Source of the DNA: Promethearchaeia archaeon
GTDB lineage: Archaea; Asgardarchaeota; Lokiarchaeia; Sigyniarchaeales; SOKP01
Length of the DNA stretch: 64,000 nucleotides
Direction of reading: 5' to 3'
Assembly: GCA_029856105.1 (NCBI GenBank)
Contig: JAHQWH010000002.1
Location: 1 to 64,000 of the forward strand
Shown here: piece by piece, positions 62,678-64,000 of the stretch
Layout of the letters: each line of letters starts with the position of its first letter
How positions within the stretch are numbered: the stretch's first letter is position 1
Translations under genes and position numbers: made by a program
The notes under the pieces: generated by a model
Told to the model about the DNA's origin: nothing
The model's input: only the letters and a program-made list of their open reading frames with translations
Database searches by the model: none

Positions 62678-63709
62678 ATGCCTAAAGATTTAAAAAACGT
62701 ATTAGATAATATCGAATCGAGCGAAAAAGAAAGCGCTATTCTCCTATCTAAAATGGATAGGTTAAAAGAAATGATAGAAAAACAGAAGACGGTTCTGACA
62801 GAGCATGAAACTATTATTGCAGAACAAAAAATAAAAATAGCAAGAATGTATGACATTCCTGAAGATGTCTTAGAACTAAAAGAATTAGTTGGAACTCAAA
62901 GAGCAATGCTAAATCAAAGAGAAAGAGAGATTGAACTCGCAAAAGGTGAAGTTCTGGCTATTCAAAAAGAGTTTGAATTTGCAAAGAAACAAAACATTCC
63001 CACTCAACGAAAATTAGATGAAGGTTTTGAATTAATCGGAAATTTAAAAACAGAAATAGCGGAAAAAAAATCAGAACTTTTATTGAAAGAAGAAACGATT
63101 AAATCTTTAGAAATTAAAACACAAGAAATTCGAGCTTTCGCTGATAAATTACAAGACGAGCAAGTTAGATTGTTGACTGATATGGATCAAAAGTGGAAAA
63201 AAGAACTCGAGAAATTAAGGTTGGAACATATAGAAGAGAAAAAGGATTTAGTTGGAAAAATTTCCGATTTAGATACTTTTTTACTTGATTCTAAACTGAC
63301 ATCTACTGAAGCTTCCTCAGAAGCTAAAGACTTAAAATCGCGGTTTCAAGAGATTCGCGACAGCCAGGAAAATATGATTAATAAATTAGAGGAGGCACTA
63401 GATAAAAAACGTGAAGCAGATGAAGAGGTCAGAAAACTTAATAAAGAAATGGAAGAACTTAGAATTTTCAAACAAAATAACGTTAAAAAGATTACCTATT
63501 TCGATAAATTAACCGAATTAATGGAACGTGAAGCACAGTTTAAAGCATTCTTAATAGTAGAACAAGTAGGTTCAATGACATTAGAGGATTTAAGAAATGC
63601 CTTAGGATCTCCCATCGTATTAGTAAAAAAATTGGTACAAAATTTACAGGAAATCGATCTATTCGAAATTAACGAGGCTGGTAAGATTTCTGTTAAAAAA
63701 ATAGAATAA
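62678..63709 (+). CDS. Long coiled-coil protein with C-terminal winged helix
   Basis: ~280 aa of E/K/L heptads, then GSMTLEDLRNALG...LVQNLQEIDLFEI. Confidence 0.7.
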   Translation: MPKDLKNVLDNIESSEKESAILLSKMDRLKEMIEKQKTVLTEHETIIAEQKIKIARMYDIPEDVLELKELVGTQRAMLNQREREIELAKGEVLAIQKEFEFAKKQNIPTQRKLDEGFELIGNLKTEIAEKKSELLLKEETIKSLEIKTQEIRAFADKLQDEQVRLLTDMDQKWKKELEKLRLEHIEEKKDLVGKISDLDTFLLDSKLTSTEASSEAKDLKSRFQEIRDSQENMINKLEEALDKKREADEEVRKLNKEMEELRIFKQNNVKKITYFDKLTELMEREAQFKAFLIVEQVGSMTLEDLRNALGSPIVLVKKLVQNLQEIDLFEINEAGKISVKKIE

Positions 63710-63820
63710 CCCTAATTTATCAGAATTTTATCCTTATTTTTTATAAAATATTGAATTTAGATTTAACAAACCTTTATTAGAAGTATAGTTAGTTGGTTTT
63801 TAAAAATTATAATTTGAGAT

Positions 63821-64000
63821 TCAAATCCTTGCTAAATCTTTATATAAATCAGGTAAACGTTTCATAAAATTTCCATCTTGTACCTGATCGAGTATTTCTG
63901 CTGCTATCGTTTTTAAAATTTCTCGATATTTATTAGGTTTCTCATCTCTACGCAATAACAACGCAACTACGTAATTCTCCACGCTAATGTAGTCATCCCC
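63821..64000 (-). CDS. 3' end of a gene entering from the right edge (longin-like alpha/beta protein, tentative)
   Basis: Not in the ORF track; 59 open codons GDDYISVENYVVALLLRRDEKPNKYREILKTIAAEIL...LPDLYKDLARI*. Confidence 0.55.
   Translation of the reverse strand, partial: GDDYISVENYVVALLLRRDEKPNKYREILKTIAAEILDQVQDGNFMKRLPDLYKDLARI

Overview
AT-rich archaeal chromosomal window, most consistent with an Asgard archaeon of the Lokiarchaeia. This is an inference from aCPSF1/FttA, proteasome beta, an EF-2 paralog lacking the diphthamide loop, archaeal tRNAs, geranylgeranyl reductases and several eukaryote-like proteins. It holds about 55 CDS, two tRNAs (Gln-CTG with a non-canonical T-loop intron and C33; Gly-CCC) and two broken genes. 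The best candidate system is a ~13 kb island (14.4-27.2 kb). There a divergent myo-inositol-1-phosphate synthase sits among four ATP-grasp enzymes (three with ITPK1 inositol-phosphate-kinase-like motifs), two MFS transporters, a Zn-dehydrogenase, a large glycoside-hydrolase-like protein and a HAD phosphatase with an extremely Lys-rich tail. This suggests a lipid-independent inositol (poly)phosphate or cyclitol pathway. Other highlights are two unannotated, strongly base-paired intergenic elements that look like stand-alone ncRNAs (3612-3755, 9702-9804) and several eukaryote-like proteins (PCI plus adaptin-appendage-like, IFT52/GIFT-like, Par14-like parvulin, longin-like fragment). There is also a decaying glycan-degradation island and a serC-serA-DUF1015 neighbourhood. 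No CRISPR array, rRNA or intact mobile element was seen. All family assignments come from motif recognition by eye, not database searches.
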